Source of the DNA: Actinomycetota bacterium
Lineage (GTDB): Bacteria > Actinomycetota > Actinomycetes > S36-B12 > UBA5976
Direction: 5' to 3'
DNA: 44,400 bases
Assembly (NCBI GenBank): GCA_017853815.1
Contig: JAFMIT010000002.1
Location: 1-44,400, forward strand
The notes under the pieces are model-generated. The model did not search any database, was not told where the DNA came from, and worked only from the letters and a program-made list of their open reading frames with translations. Shown here piece by piece: positions 9,864 to 17,802 of this stretch (its first letter is position 1; each line of letters starts with the position of its first letter). Both the position numbers and the translations under genes were made by a program.

Positions 9864-10841
9864 CTAGTCGCTGGAACTTCCCGAACTATGTCCCGGGAAC
9901 ACACCCTCTTCTGGATTAACAAACGGAGCCGCGTTGTTAACGGCTGTAGCGGCTTCTCCAAAACCGACGGCAATCAGTGGAACTTTTCCGGGATACGTGG
10001 CGATATCACCTGCGGCAAAAACGCGCTCAAGCGATGTCATCATCGAGGTGTTGACGAGAATGTGGCGCTTTTCGAGCTCGAGACCCCAAGTCGCGATCGG
10101 ACCAATATTCGCGACGAATCCGAGTGCTGCCACCACAGTTCCCGCAGGAAGCGTCTCTTCCGCTCCGGATTCTTTGTGAGTCACGGTGACACTTCGGACT
10201 ACATCATCGCCACTAATAGCAGACACTTCGGCCGACGTGATCAATCGAACGCCCATTGCTTTGACTGCATCAACAGTCGCGGCGTGAGCGCGAAACGCAT
10301 CGCGACGGTGCACTAACGTCACTGATCGAGCAATCGGGTGCAGCGAAACTGCCCAGTCGAACGCAGAGTCGCCACCGCCAACAATCACCACATCTTTGTC
10401 AGCATGATCCGACAGTTTCGGAACGAAATGAACCAGACCCTTGCCCAACCATTCCATACCGACAGGAATCGCTCGAGGGGTAAACGCACCGATACCCCCA
10501 GTGATGATCACTGCCTTTGCCGAAATCGATAAGCCGGATTCGGTTGCAATCTCAACGGCATCACCCGCTGACACCAATTGAGTTACTTGCTCCGAAAGAT
10601 GGAAGGTAGGAGAAAACATTTGAGCTTGGGCAAGCAGACCGTCAATCAGATCTCGCCCTTTGACTTTGGGAAAACCTGCGACGTCAAAAATGTCTTTCTC
10701 TGGGTACATCGCAGTTACTTGGCCGCCGGCCTCTGCAAGCGCATCAACGACGACAACGCTGAAACCGCGGAAACCTGCGTAGTAGGCAGCGTACAAACCT
10801 GCGGGTCCTGCACCGATAATCGCGATGTCGCATGATTTCAT
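9864..10841 (-). CDS. Ferredoxin-NADP(+) reductase, thioredoxin-reductase-like type
   Basis: IAIIGAGPAGLYAAYYAGFRG...GGQVTAMYPEKDIFDVAGFP plus a second GGGDSA nucleotide-binding motif. Confidence 0.8.
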   Translation of the reverse strand: MKSCDIAIIGAGPAGLYAAYYAGFRGFSVVVVDALAEAGGQVTAMYPEKDIFDVAGFPKVKGRDLIDGLLAQAQMFSPTFHLSEQVTQLVSAGDAVEIATESGLSISAKAVIITGGIGAFTPRAIPVGMEWLGKGLVHFVPKLSDHADKDVVIVGGGDSAFDWAVSLHPIARSVTLVHRRDAFRAHAATVDAVKAMGVRLITSAEVSAISGDDVVRSVTVTHKESGAEETLPAGTVVAALGFVANIGPIATWGLELEKRHILVNTSMMTSLERVFAAGDIATYPGKVPLIAVGFGEAATAVNNAAPFVNPEEGVFPGHSSGSSSD

Positions 10842-10847
10842 GAGGTG

Positions 10848-10853
10848 ACGCTA
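10848..10853 (-). promoter_or_regulatory. Putative -10 element TAGCGT, 6 nt upstream of the reductase ATG (leaderless)
   Basis: Plus strand acgcta. The minus strand reads TAGCGT-cacctc-ATG. Confidence 0.4.
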
Positions 10854-10915
10854 GTCCGAACGGACCTCAACGCGCTGCATTTTGGCTAAACAGATTTTCG
10901 GGCAGGTCAGGCAAG

Positions 10916-10921
10916 TAGATT
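10916..10921 (+). promoter_or_regulatory. Putative -10 element TAGATT, 6 nt upstream of the carbonic anhydrase ATG (leaderless)
   Basis: tagatt-tcaccc-ATG, with no SD. Confidence 0.4.
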
Positions 10922-10927
10922 TCACCC

Positions 10928-11461
10928 ATGACGATTGCTTCCAAAGACCCTGGCAAGTTTCCTGCCGAGACTTTTGCTGACGTGCTCGCCGCGAATGCCA
11001 TGTACGCAGCTGCTTTCGAAGACGCACACCTCAGCGCTCGGGCAGTCAAGGGACTTGCCATCGTGACCTGCATGGACTCGCGGATATCGCCTCTCGACAT
11101 CCTGGGATTGCAGCCTGGCGACGTCAAAATCCTGCGTAATGCTGGCGCTCGCGTCACCGACGACGTACTTCGTACCTTGGTGTTGGCGACCTGGCTTCTG
11201 GATGTCAAACGAGTGCTTGTCATGCCACACACTGATTGCAAGATGGCATCTGGCACCGAAGCCGAGATCCATGAGGCCATTTTGGAAGAGTCCGGAATCG
11301 ACACTCGAGGCATCGAGATTCGAACCGTCAAAGATCAAGACGCTGCACTGGCCACTGACCTCCAGCGCATGCGCAGTTACCCGCTGCTTCCGACCGACCT
11401 GATTGTCGCCGGAGCGGTGTACGACGTACACACCGGCAAGATCGAACCTAAAGACTTCTAG
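10928..11461 (+). CDS. Beta-class carbonic anhydrase
   Basis: VTCMDSRISP...RNAGARV...VMPHTDCKM supplies the Cys-Asp-Arg...His-x-x-Cys zinc site of short beta-CAs. Confidence 0.85.
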   Translation: MTIASKDPGKFPAETFADVLAANAMYAAAFEDAHLSARAVKGLAIVTCMDSRISPLDILGLQPGDVKILRNAGARVTDDVLRTLVLATWLLDVKRVLVMPHTDCKMASGTEAEIHEAILEESGIDTRGIEIRTVKDQDAALATDLQRMRSYPLLPTDLIVAGAVYDVHTGKIEPKDF

Positions 11462-13593
11462 ATGTCGATACGTGAGCGATCAAGGTCGCTCGCACCTTGG
11501 ACAATAAATTCTTTGCGCGGTGCTACGTCATTACCCATCAACAAATCAAATACTTGTTCTGCCGCGTGCGCATCAGCCATGGTGACTCGCCGCAAAGTTC
11601 GCCGTGCAGGATCCATGGTGGTTTCGCGCAACTGGGACGCATCCATTTCGCCTAGACCTTTGTACCGCTGAATGGGTTCTTTCCATCTGCGGCCGGCCCG
11701 CGAAAGCTCCTGCAGTGTGCTTCGCATTTCTGCGTCACTGTAGGTGTAGCGGATTTCTCCCTGTGATCGACCTTGACCAATAACTTCAATTCGGTGGAGC
11801 GGAGGAACTGCCGCGAAAACCCGCCCGTTCTCCAATAGCGGTCGCATGTATCGATGAATCAACGTCAGCAGCAGACAGCGAATATGTGCCCCATCTACAT
11901 CTGCATCTGACATCAAGATGATCTTTTGGTACCTGGCCTGTTCTAGATCAAACGTACGACCAGAACCCGCGCCAATAACTTGGATAATCGATGCACACTC
12001 GCTGTTTTTGAGCATGTCGGCAAGTGACGCTTTTTGGACGTTGAGAATCTTGCCTCGTATAGGCAAGAGCGCTTGGAACTCAGAGTTTCGAGCATCCTTG
12101 GCGGTTCCGAGAGCCGACTCGCCTTCAACGATGAAGAGCTCTGTCTTCTCAATGTCATCACCGCGACAGTCACGCAGCTTGGCAGGCAGAGATGAAGATT
12201 CCAGTGCCGTCTTGCGGCGTTGGACATCTCGTTGGTGACGCGCGCTCACTCGGGCTCGCATGGCGTTCGCGATTTTTTCGAGAACCAGTTTGGTGGCCTG
12301 CTTATCGCCGCGCGGCGGATTGTTAAACCAGTCGGCTAGTTCTTTAGCGACGACCTGGGAAACGATTTTGGTGACCGCGGGTGTGCCGAGAACCTCTTTG
12401 GTCTGCCCCTCAAACTGAGGCTCTGCGAGCCGAACGGTGACGACACCCGTGAGGCCCTCGTAAATATCATCTTTGAGAACGTTTTCTTCGCCAGATTTGA
12501 GGGTCTTGTTCGCACGAAGTTGGTCGTTGATGACTTTGACGATGGAGCGCTCGAAGCCGGTGATATGCGTTCCGCCTTTGGGGGTCGCAATAATGTTGAC
12601 GAAACTCTGAATCTGCGTTTCGTAGCCTGTGCCCCACCGCAACGCGATGTCCACACCAAGGTCGCGAGTCACTTGCTGTGCAGCGAGGTGTCCCTTTTTG
12701 TCGAGAACTTGGACCGTCTCGGAGAACTGGTGCGAACCTTTGAGACGTATGACCGGTGACACCGCTTCGTCAGGCGCAAGGAAGGAGCAGAACTCAGAAA
12801 TTCCGCCAACAAAGTTAAAGCTTTCTTCCGTCGGCTCAGCTCCGCGTAGGTCATGAATCGCAATCGTGAGACCAGGCACCAAAAACGTAGTTTGGCGAGC
12901 CCGATTAATGAGTGCGTCCATGTCGAACACTGCGCTTGGATCAAAAACTTGGCGATCTGCCCAAAACCGAATCCGAGTTCCCGTCAGACCCTTCTTGGCT
13001 TTGCCAGCATTGTTCAGACCAGATTTTTTGGTGAACTCACCGTCAGGGGTCTCATCGGAAAATACGCCAGGAACACCACGCTTGAATGACATTACGTAGA
13101 TCGTGTTGTTGCGGTCGACTTCGACATCTAGGCGGCTTGAGAGTGCGTTGACGACGCTTGCACCCACACCGTGGAGACCGCCCGATGCTGTGTACGAACC
13201 GCCACCAAATTTGCCGCCCGCGTGCAGCTTGGTCATGACGAGCTCAACGCCCGTCAGTTTTGTCTTGGGCTCGATATCGACAGGGATTCCGCGACCGTTG
13301 TCCCGAACTTCAACAGAGTCGTCGGGATGCAGAACAACATCAATGTGGGTCGCGTGGCCGCCGAGAGCCTCATCTACCGCATTGTCGATAATTTCCCAGA
13401 GGCAATGCATCAATCCACGGCTATCGGTGGAGCCGATGTACATGCCTGGGCGCTTGCGAACCGCGTCGAGACCCTCGAGAACCGCGAGGTTTTTGGCCGA
13501 ATAGTCGCCCGTGCTGGTGGAACTGGCACGAGCCACAAAAGCCTCCTGGAACATCGGTTTGGATGGGGTCAGGGTAGTCGTTCGTGCAGACAT
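11458..13593 (-). CDS. parE: Type IIA topoisomerase subunit B (topoisomerase IV ParE-like)
   Basis: GHKL ATPase motifs are present (LEGLDAVRKRPGMYIGST, EIIDNAVDE, DNGRGIP). The Toprim region reads FIVEGESALGTAK...LMSDADVDGAHI. Its stop overlaps the carbonic anhydrase stop within a shared CTAG. Confidence 0.85.
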   Translation of the reverse strand: MSARTTTLTPSKPMFQEAFVARASSTSTGDYSAKNLAVLEGLDAVRKRPGMYIGSTDSRGLMHCLWEIIDNAVDEALGGHATHIDVVLHPDDSVEVRDNGRGIPVDIEPKTKLTGVELVMTKLHAGGKFGGGSYTASGGLHGVGASVVNALSSRLDVEVDRNNTIYVMSFKRGVPGVFSDETPDGEFTKKSGLNNAGKAKKGLTGTRIRFWADRQVFDPSAVFDMDALINRARQTTFLVPGLTIAIHDLRGAEPTEESFNFVGGISEFCSFLAPDEAVSPVIRLKGSHQFSETVQVLDKKGHLAAQQVTRDLGVDIALRWGTGYETQIQSFVNIIATPKGGTHITGFERSIVKVINDQLRANKTLKSGEENVLKDDIYEGLTGVVTVRLAEPQFEGQTKEVLGTPAVTKIVSQVVAKELADWFNNPPRGDKQATKLVLEKIANAMRARVSARHQRDVQRRKTALESSSLPAKLRDCRGDDIEKTELFIVEGESALGTAKDARNSEFQALLPIRGKILNVQKASLADMLKNSECASIIQVIGAGSGRTFDLEQARYQKIILMSDADVDGAHIRCLLLTLIHRYMRPLLENGRVFAAVPPLHRIEVIGQGRSQGEIRYTYSDAEMRSTLQELSRAGRRWKEPIQRYKGLGEMDASQLRETTMDPARRTLRRVTMADAHAAEQVFDLLMGNDVAPRKEFIVQGASDLDRSRIDI

Positions 13594-13663
13594 ACTCTCG
13601 GATTACAGGGGACACACAGCAATCTGACGAGAAAATGTCAGGAATAACCTGCATACTTTCGGC

Positions 13664-13678
13664 GTTGACCTAGTCAAC
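13664..13678. promoter_or_regulatory. Palindrome GTTGAC-cta-GTCAAC in the parE / small-gene divergent spacer (candidate operator or back-to-back -35-like hexamers)
   Basis: Read directly. Perfect 6-bp arms with a 3-bp spacer. Confidence 0.3.
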
Positions 13679-13703
13679 CGAACCTGACCCGCCGAACCTG
13701 ACC
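13678..13703. repeat. Direct repeat CCGAACCTGACC-cg-CCGAACCTGACC immediately upstream of the small-gene RBS
   Basis: Read directly: 13678-13689 and 13692-13703 are identical 12-mers. Confidence 0.85.
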
Positions 13704-13718
13704 GCTTGGAGGCCAACC

Positions 13719-13910
13719 ATGAATGCCACTGCTACTGCCACTTTGACCGCAGCAGACCGTTGTGATCGTTGCGGCGCTCAGGCATACGTACGCGTCATGC
13801 TCCCTGCCGGCGGAGAACTTCTTTTCTGCGCACATCACTACACCGCGAACGCTGAAGCTCTGACATCGCAGGCGGTCACCGTCATTGACGAAACCCATCG
13901 CATCGACTAA
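13719..13910 (+). CDS. Small conserved actinobacterial protein with a CxxC...CxHH motif (DUF7455-like)
   Basis: 63 aa, sequence AADRCDRCGAQAYVRVMLPAGGELLFCAHHY. GGAGG lies 6 nt upstream of the ATG. It sits next to the principal sigma gene. Confidence 0.6.
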   Translation: MNATATATLTAADRCDRCGAQAYVRVMLPAGGELLFCAHHYTANAEALTSQAVTVIDETHRID

Positions 13911-13957
13911 CTCGCCAGTGGCATGAACGCCAGTCTGGTGAAAACCCTCACGCCAAG

Positions 13958-13987
13958 CAAGAGGCCCCGATTTCTCGGGGCCTCTTG
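13958..13987. terminator. Hairpin terminator between the convergent small gene and the sigma gene
   Basis: caagaggccccga-tttc-tcggggcctcttg has a 13-bp perfect stem and a 4-nt loop. The flanks are T-rich on both strands. Confidence 0.6.
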
Positions 13988-14010
13988 TCGTTCGTTACGC
14001 GATTGCGGAA

Positions 14011-15762
14011 TTAATCCAAGTAATCGCGAAGCACTTGAGAACGGGACGGGTGACGAAGTTTCGACATCGTCTTACTTTCGATCTGGCGGATGCGTTCGCG
14101 AGTGACTCCGTAGACCTTGCCAATTTCGTCGAGCGTCTTCATCTGTCCGTCATCGAGACCAAAGCGCATCCGGACGACTCCAGCTTCGCGCTCAGACAGC
14201 GTGTCGAGTACGCCTTGCAATTGCTCCTGCAACAACGTGAAAGACACTGCCTCTGAAGGGACAATTGCCTCAGAGTCTTCGATCAAGTCACCGAATTCGC
14301 TGTCACCTTCTTCACCGAGCGGGGTGTGCAACGAAATCGGCTCACGGCCGTACTTTTGAACTTCAACGACCTTTTCAGGGGTCATGTCGAGTTCGCGAGC
14401 AAGTTCTTCAGGGGTCGGTTCGCGACCAAGATCCTGAAGCATTTGCCGCTGCACACGAGCAAGCTTGTTGATGACTTCAACCATGTGTACTGGAATACGA
14501 ATGGTTCGTGCTTGGTCAGCCATGGCGCGGGTGATTGCCTGACGAATCCACCAAGTGGCGTAGGTCGAGAACTTGTAGCCCTTTGTGTAGTCGAACTTTT
14601 CGACCGCACGAATCAGACCCAAGTTGCCTTCCTGAATGAGATCGAGGAACAACATGCCACGGCCCGTGTAGCGCTTAGCGAGTGACACCACGAGTCGCAA
14701 GTTAGCTTCAAGCAAGTGGTTCTTGTCGCGGTAGCCATAGCTGATAACGCGCTCAAGGCAGTTTTCACACACAACTTCACGTGGGAAGTCGTCATCTTCT
14801 TCGATAACGACATAGCGCTTGGCTTCCCAGTCGCAAACCGTGCACTTAATCTTCTTGCTCTTCGGTGCATCGACAAGCTTGGTGTCACGCAGTTCTTCTG
14901 CAAACAGACCGGCCTCGATTGACTTTGCAAGCGAAACTTCGAGCTCAGCGTTGAGAAGCGCCACTTTGCCGATTTGCTTGAGGTAGTCCTTGACAGGGTC
15001 AGCAGTCGCGCCAGCCTGAGTGACCGTCTGAACCGGCTCGTCAGTTTCGTCTTTGTCAGACATGACGAAGCCTTGGTCTTCTGACTCAGCAGGCTTCTCT
15101 TCAGTTGATGCCTCTTCGGTTTCACCCTCGGCAGCGAGCAGCGTGTCGATTTCGGTGTTTAGCTCGCCCTCGAGAACTTCTGCCTTGGCGAGTTCTTCGG
15201 GATCGACATCGGTGTCGATTACCTCTTCAACGACAGCGAGTGCTTCTTCGTCGTCTTCAAAACCTTCTTCGCCCTCGACAACATCATCGACTACTGCGTC
15301 AATCTTTGCGATCTTGAGCGGCTTTTCTGCTTTGGCGGGTGCAGCTTTCTTAGCTGGAGCGGCAACCTGCTTGACCGGCGCAGCAGCTTTCTTGGCTGGC
15401 GCAACTACTTGCTTGGTGGGCGTAGCCTTTTTGACAGGCTCGGCCTTCTTGACCGGCGCGGCAGCTTTCTTGGCGGGTACGGCAACCTTTTTCGCTGGCG
15501 CCTTCTTCGCAGGTGCAGCCTTTTTGACTGGTGCAGCCTTCTTCGCTGGTGCAACTTTCTTAGCCGAAGCAGCTTTCTTCGCTGGCACAGCCTTCTTTAT
15601 TGGGGCCGCGGCTTTCTTAGCCGGCGCAGCAATTTTTTTCGCTGGCGCAGCAACTTTCTTCGCGGGGACCGCCTTTTTAGGAGCAGTCTTCACAGCAGCG
15701 GCCTTAGCGACTGGCTTAGATGCCTTCTTCGCCGCAGTGGCCTTCTTTGCTGGTGTCGCCAT
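14011..15762 (-). CDS. rpoD: Principal (group 1) RNA polymerase sigma factor, SigA/HrdB/RpoD
   Basis: Regions 1.2-4.2 are near-canonical: [58 protein letters not shown] and [29 protein letters not shown]. The N-terminus is a Lys/Ala/Pro-rich tail followed by an acidic region 1.1. I placed the start at ATG 15762 (GAAGGG upstream) rather than the ORF-track 15801. Confidence 0.93.
   Translation of the reverse strand: MATPAKKATAAKKASKPVAKAAAVKTAPKKAVPAKKVAAPAKKIAAPAKKAAAPIKKAVPAKKAASAKKVAPAKKAAPVKKAAPAKKAPAKKVAVPAKKAAAPVKKAEPVKKATPTKQVVAPAKKAAAPVKQVAAPAKKAAPAKAEKPLKIAKIDAVVDDVVEGEEGFEDDEEALAVVEEVIDTDVDPEELAKAEVLEGELNTEIDTLLAAEGETEEASTEEKPAESEDQGFVMSDKDETDEPVQTVTQAGATADPVKDYLKQIGKVALLNAELEVSLAKSIEAGLFAEELRDTKLVDAPKSKKIKCTVCDWEAKRYVVIEEDDDFPREVVCENCLERVISYGYRDKNHLLEANLRLVVSLAKRYTGRGMLFLDLIQEGNLGLIRAVEKFDYTKGYKFSTYATWWIRQAITRAMADQARTIRIPVHMVEVINKLARVQRQMLQDLGREPTPEELARELDMTPEKVVEVQKYGREPISLHTPLGEEGDSEFGDLIEDSEAIVPSEAVSFTLLQEQLQGVLDTLSEREAGVVRMRFGLDDGQMKTLDEIGKVYGVTRERIRQIESKTMSKLRHPSRSQVLRDYLD
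15313..15762 (-). repeat. Degenerate coding tandem repeats encoding about 150 aa of (A/V)(A/P)PAKKA-type Lys/Ala/Pro repeats at the sigma N-terminus
   Basis: The translation reads [59 protein letters not shown] and continues in the same style. The DNA shows the corresponding imperfect periodicity. Confidence 0.85.
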
Positions 15763-15978
15763 GGAGCAACCCTTCTTGTGCATAGGTAAGGCCCGAGTCA
15801 AGTGTTAACTCGACCGGGCTTACGTCAATGACGCTGACCGTATTCTCGCACACATGCCTGACACGCTTGCGCAGGCAGTCGAGAAATCGCCGTCGGCAGA
15901 GAATTGGCGGTGCCGAGCCACCGTTCTTCGGCCATGAGGCACTCAACCCCGCCCGGTCGCTGATGATTCCCGACGGAT

Positions 15979-16881
15979 TCAGGCGGCGGCGTGGCGACGT
16001 TCTTCGATGACGAGGAGTCCGACCACCGCAGCCAAAATGAGGCAGCCGCCAAGGCCCTGGACGACCGTCAGGCGCTCACCGAGGAGAGCCGCTCCCACAC
16101 AAATCGCCACCAACGGCTCCGCTGTCGTCAAAATCGCGACGATTGGCGAAGGCAGGCGATCGAGCGCCAAATACAGCAACGCGTAAGCGGCGAAGGTACC
16201 AATCACAATCGCGCTTGCAACTGCGAGCCAGCCTGAAGAGGTCTGGGGGTATTCGGCGCCGCCAATGACCGCGACAGCAACCAAACTCACTGCAGTGCCA
16301 GTAGTCATCAGCGTGCTGGCTGCAAGATTGTCGACGCCACTGATCATTCGGCCACTCAGTGCGACGTAGAGCGCGTACAACACAGAAGCCGTGAGCAGGT
16401 ACACCACGCCCGTGCGGGCTTGGGCTCCAAGATCACCCGCGGTCATGGCAACGCCCGAAATCGCAATCAAACTTGTCACTACGACAGAGCGGTGTGGAAG
16501 TTGTCGATGACTTAAAGCCGCAACCACAACCACCCATGCTGGGTATACGAAAAAGATGGTTTCGGCTAAGCCGGCCGTCATTCCTTCAGAACGAAGTCCC
16601 ATGAAGAAAAACGTGACTTCGACAGCCAGCACGATTGCACCTAACGCAGCAATCTTCAGGCACACCACAATCGGTGGAAACGTCGGCTTGCGAATCCACG
16701 CAACGCACCAAAATCCAATGGCAGCGATTCCAAATCTCAACGCCATGAGCCCAGGAACATCGACACCATCGGCATACGCAAAACGACCCGAAACGGCCAA
16801 CGTTCCAAATGCTGCTGCGGATGACAGCGCGAGGGCGTAGCCGATGCGCCGATTGTGCAGCGCGTTCGTTGGCGGGAACAT
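15979..16881 (-). CDS. DMT superfamily (EamA-like) transporter
   Basis: 300 aa with about 10 hydrophobic segments in two repeated halves typical of EamA domains. Confidence 0.78.
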   Translation of the reverse strand: MFPPTNALHNRRIGYALALSSAAAFGTLAVSGRFAYADGVDVPGLMALRFGIAAIGFWCVAWIRKPTFPPIVVCLKIAALGAIVLAVEVTFFFMGLRSEGMTAGLAETIFFVYPAWVVVVAALSHRQLPHRSVVVTSLIAISGVAMTAGDLGAQARTGVVYLLTASVLYALYVALSGRMISGVDNLAASTLMTTGTAVSLVAVAVIGGAEYPQTSSGWLAVASAIVIGTFAAYALLYLALDRLPSPIVAILTTAEPLVAICVGAALLGERLTVVQGLGGCLILAAVVGLLVIEERRHAAA

Positions 16882-16887
16882 TTCCTC

Positions 16888-16893
16888 AGCCTA
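16888..16893 (-). promoter_or_regulatory. Putative -10 element TAGGCT, 6 nt upstream of the DMT transporter ATG (leaderless)
   Basis: The minus strand reads TAGGCT-gaggaa-ATG. Confidence 0.35.
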
Positions 16894-16981
16894 ACTGCAA
16901 GGGTTCGCTGACAGGTGCTAGTGCTTTCGACTAACCAAAAGTGCTATTTCGCTCGATGGCGAGAATGAGCACTCTGCGTCT

Positions 16982-17785
16982 ATGCGAACCAAACTCTTTG
17001 TCTTGAGCTCGACGGTCGTTTTCTGGTTAGCGATTCTCTTCGCTCCAGAAGCTTCGGCCGGCACAGTTGATGTTTCCGCCGACGGCGAGACCTACCTTGT
17101 AGACGGCGCCGTGATCCACCACCAGCGTTTCGAAAATGATCGAACCGAGGCGGCGACCTGCACGACATGTCATTGGCGAATACATCTGATTTGTCGAACA
17201 TGGAGTGACACAGCCCATGGTGCGTGCCCGAGTCTCGCTCGAGACTGCCCAGCGGACGAGACTGTGGCAGAGGTAGAACGTGCTGAAGCATCCCAGAGGC
17301 CTGAAGCCTCAAGCCAACTCTGGCATCTTGTTGGGCACACGTGCATCGGTGATGATGGACCGGCCAGCGTCACCGTCATCCAGCAGGAGCTGCGCGAGCG
17401 TTGGAGCATTCCAGTACCGCGATTGACGTTCATCACCTCTCCCCCTCGAAATACGTTGCTCAATCTTGAGACTTTCGTTCAAATCACATCCGCGACGAGG
17501 ATTCCAGACAAGACACAGATTCTCGTGGGAATTCCGGTGACGTTTAGAGCGACCTCACAGCGACACATCACGTGCACACCCACATGCGAGTTCAACTCCG
17601 TTCGACAGTCGTTCTTTCCCCACACGTCAGGAGCATCAACTGTGACTGTTGTAACGCAATGGACCGCGAGCTACGACGCGTTGGGACTGACCAACTTGCC
17701 CGTGAGTAGCGCGCCCATTGTTCAGCGAGGCAGTCAGCCTCTGAACGTCGTTCGTGTCCACCGCACGATTCTCAGTACCAACTAA
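16982..17785 (+). CDS. Secreted hypothetical protein, Cys-rich
   Basis: The N-terminus MRTKLFVLSSTVVFWLAILFAPEASA looks like a Sec signal peptide. The mature part has eight cysteines (CTTCHWRIHLIC...GAC...DC...C...CTPTC). I recognise no domain. Confidence 0.55.
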   Translation: MRTKLFVLSSTVVFWLAILFAPEASAGTVDVSADGETYLVDGAVIHHQRFENDRTEAATCTTCHWRIHLICRTWSDTAHGACPSLARDCPADETVAEVERAEASQRPEASSQLWHLVGHTCIGDDGPASVTVIQQELRERWSIPVPRLTFITSPPRNTLLNLETFVQITSATRIPDKTQILVGIPVTFRATSQRHITCTPTCEFNSVRQSFFPHTSGASTVTVVTQWTASYDALGLTNLPVSSAPIVQRGSQPLNVVRVHRTILSTN

Positions 17786-17802
17786 TCCCAGGAGAGCTAC
17801 CG

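Noticed and set aside
10867-11431. Two overlapping minus-strand ORFs (154 and 169 aa) opposite the carbonic anhydrase gene
   Set aside because: The plus-strand frame contains the complete beta-CA zinc-site motifs. The minus frames show no similarity to anything I recognise.
6471-13593. Whether the parC/parE-like pair is a second gyrase rather than topoisomerase IV
   Set aside because: This cannot be decided from sequence inspection alone. I kept the conventional ParC/ParE call, based on the location away from a gyrB-gyrA origin cluster and on the remembered Streptomyces synteny with hrdB.
15313-15762. The regularly spaced short repeats could superficially resemble a CRISPR array
   Set aside because: The repeats are degenerate and in-frame, and they encode the PAKKA tail of sigma. 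There are no unique spacers and no cas genes.
15053-15808. A 251-aa plus-strand ORF opposite the sigma factor gene
   Set aside because: It is the antisense shadow of the Lys/Ala repeat and acidic region. Its translation is low-complexity (A/S/F/G runs), and the opposite strand encodes an unmistakable SigA/HrdB.
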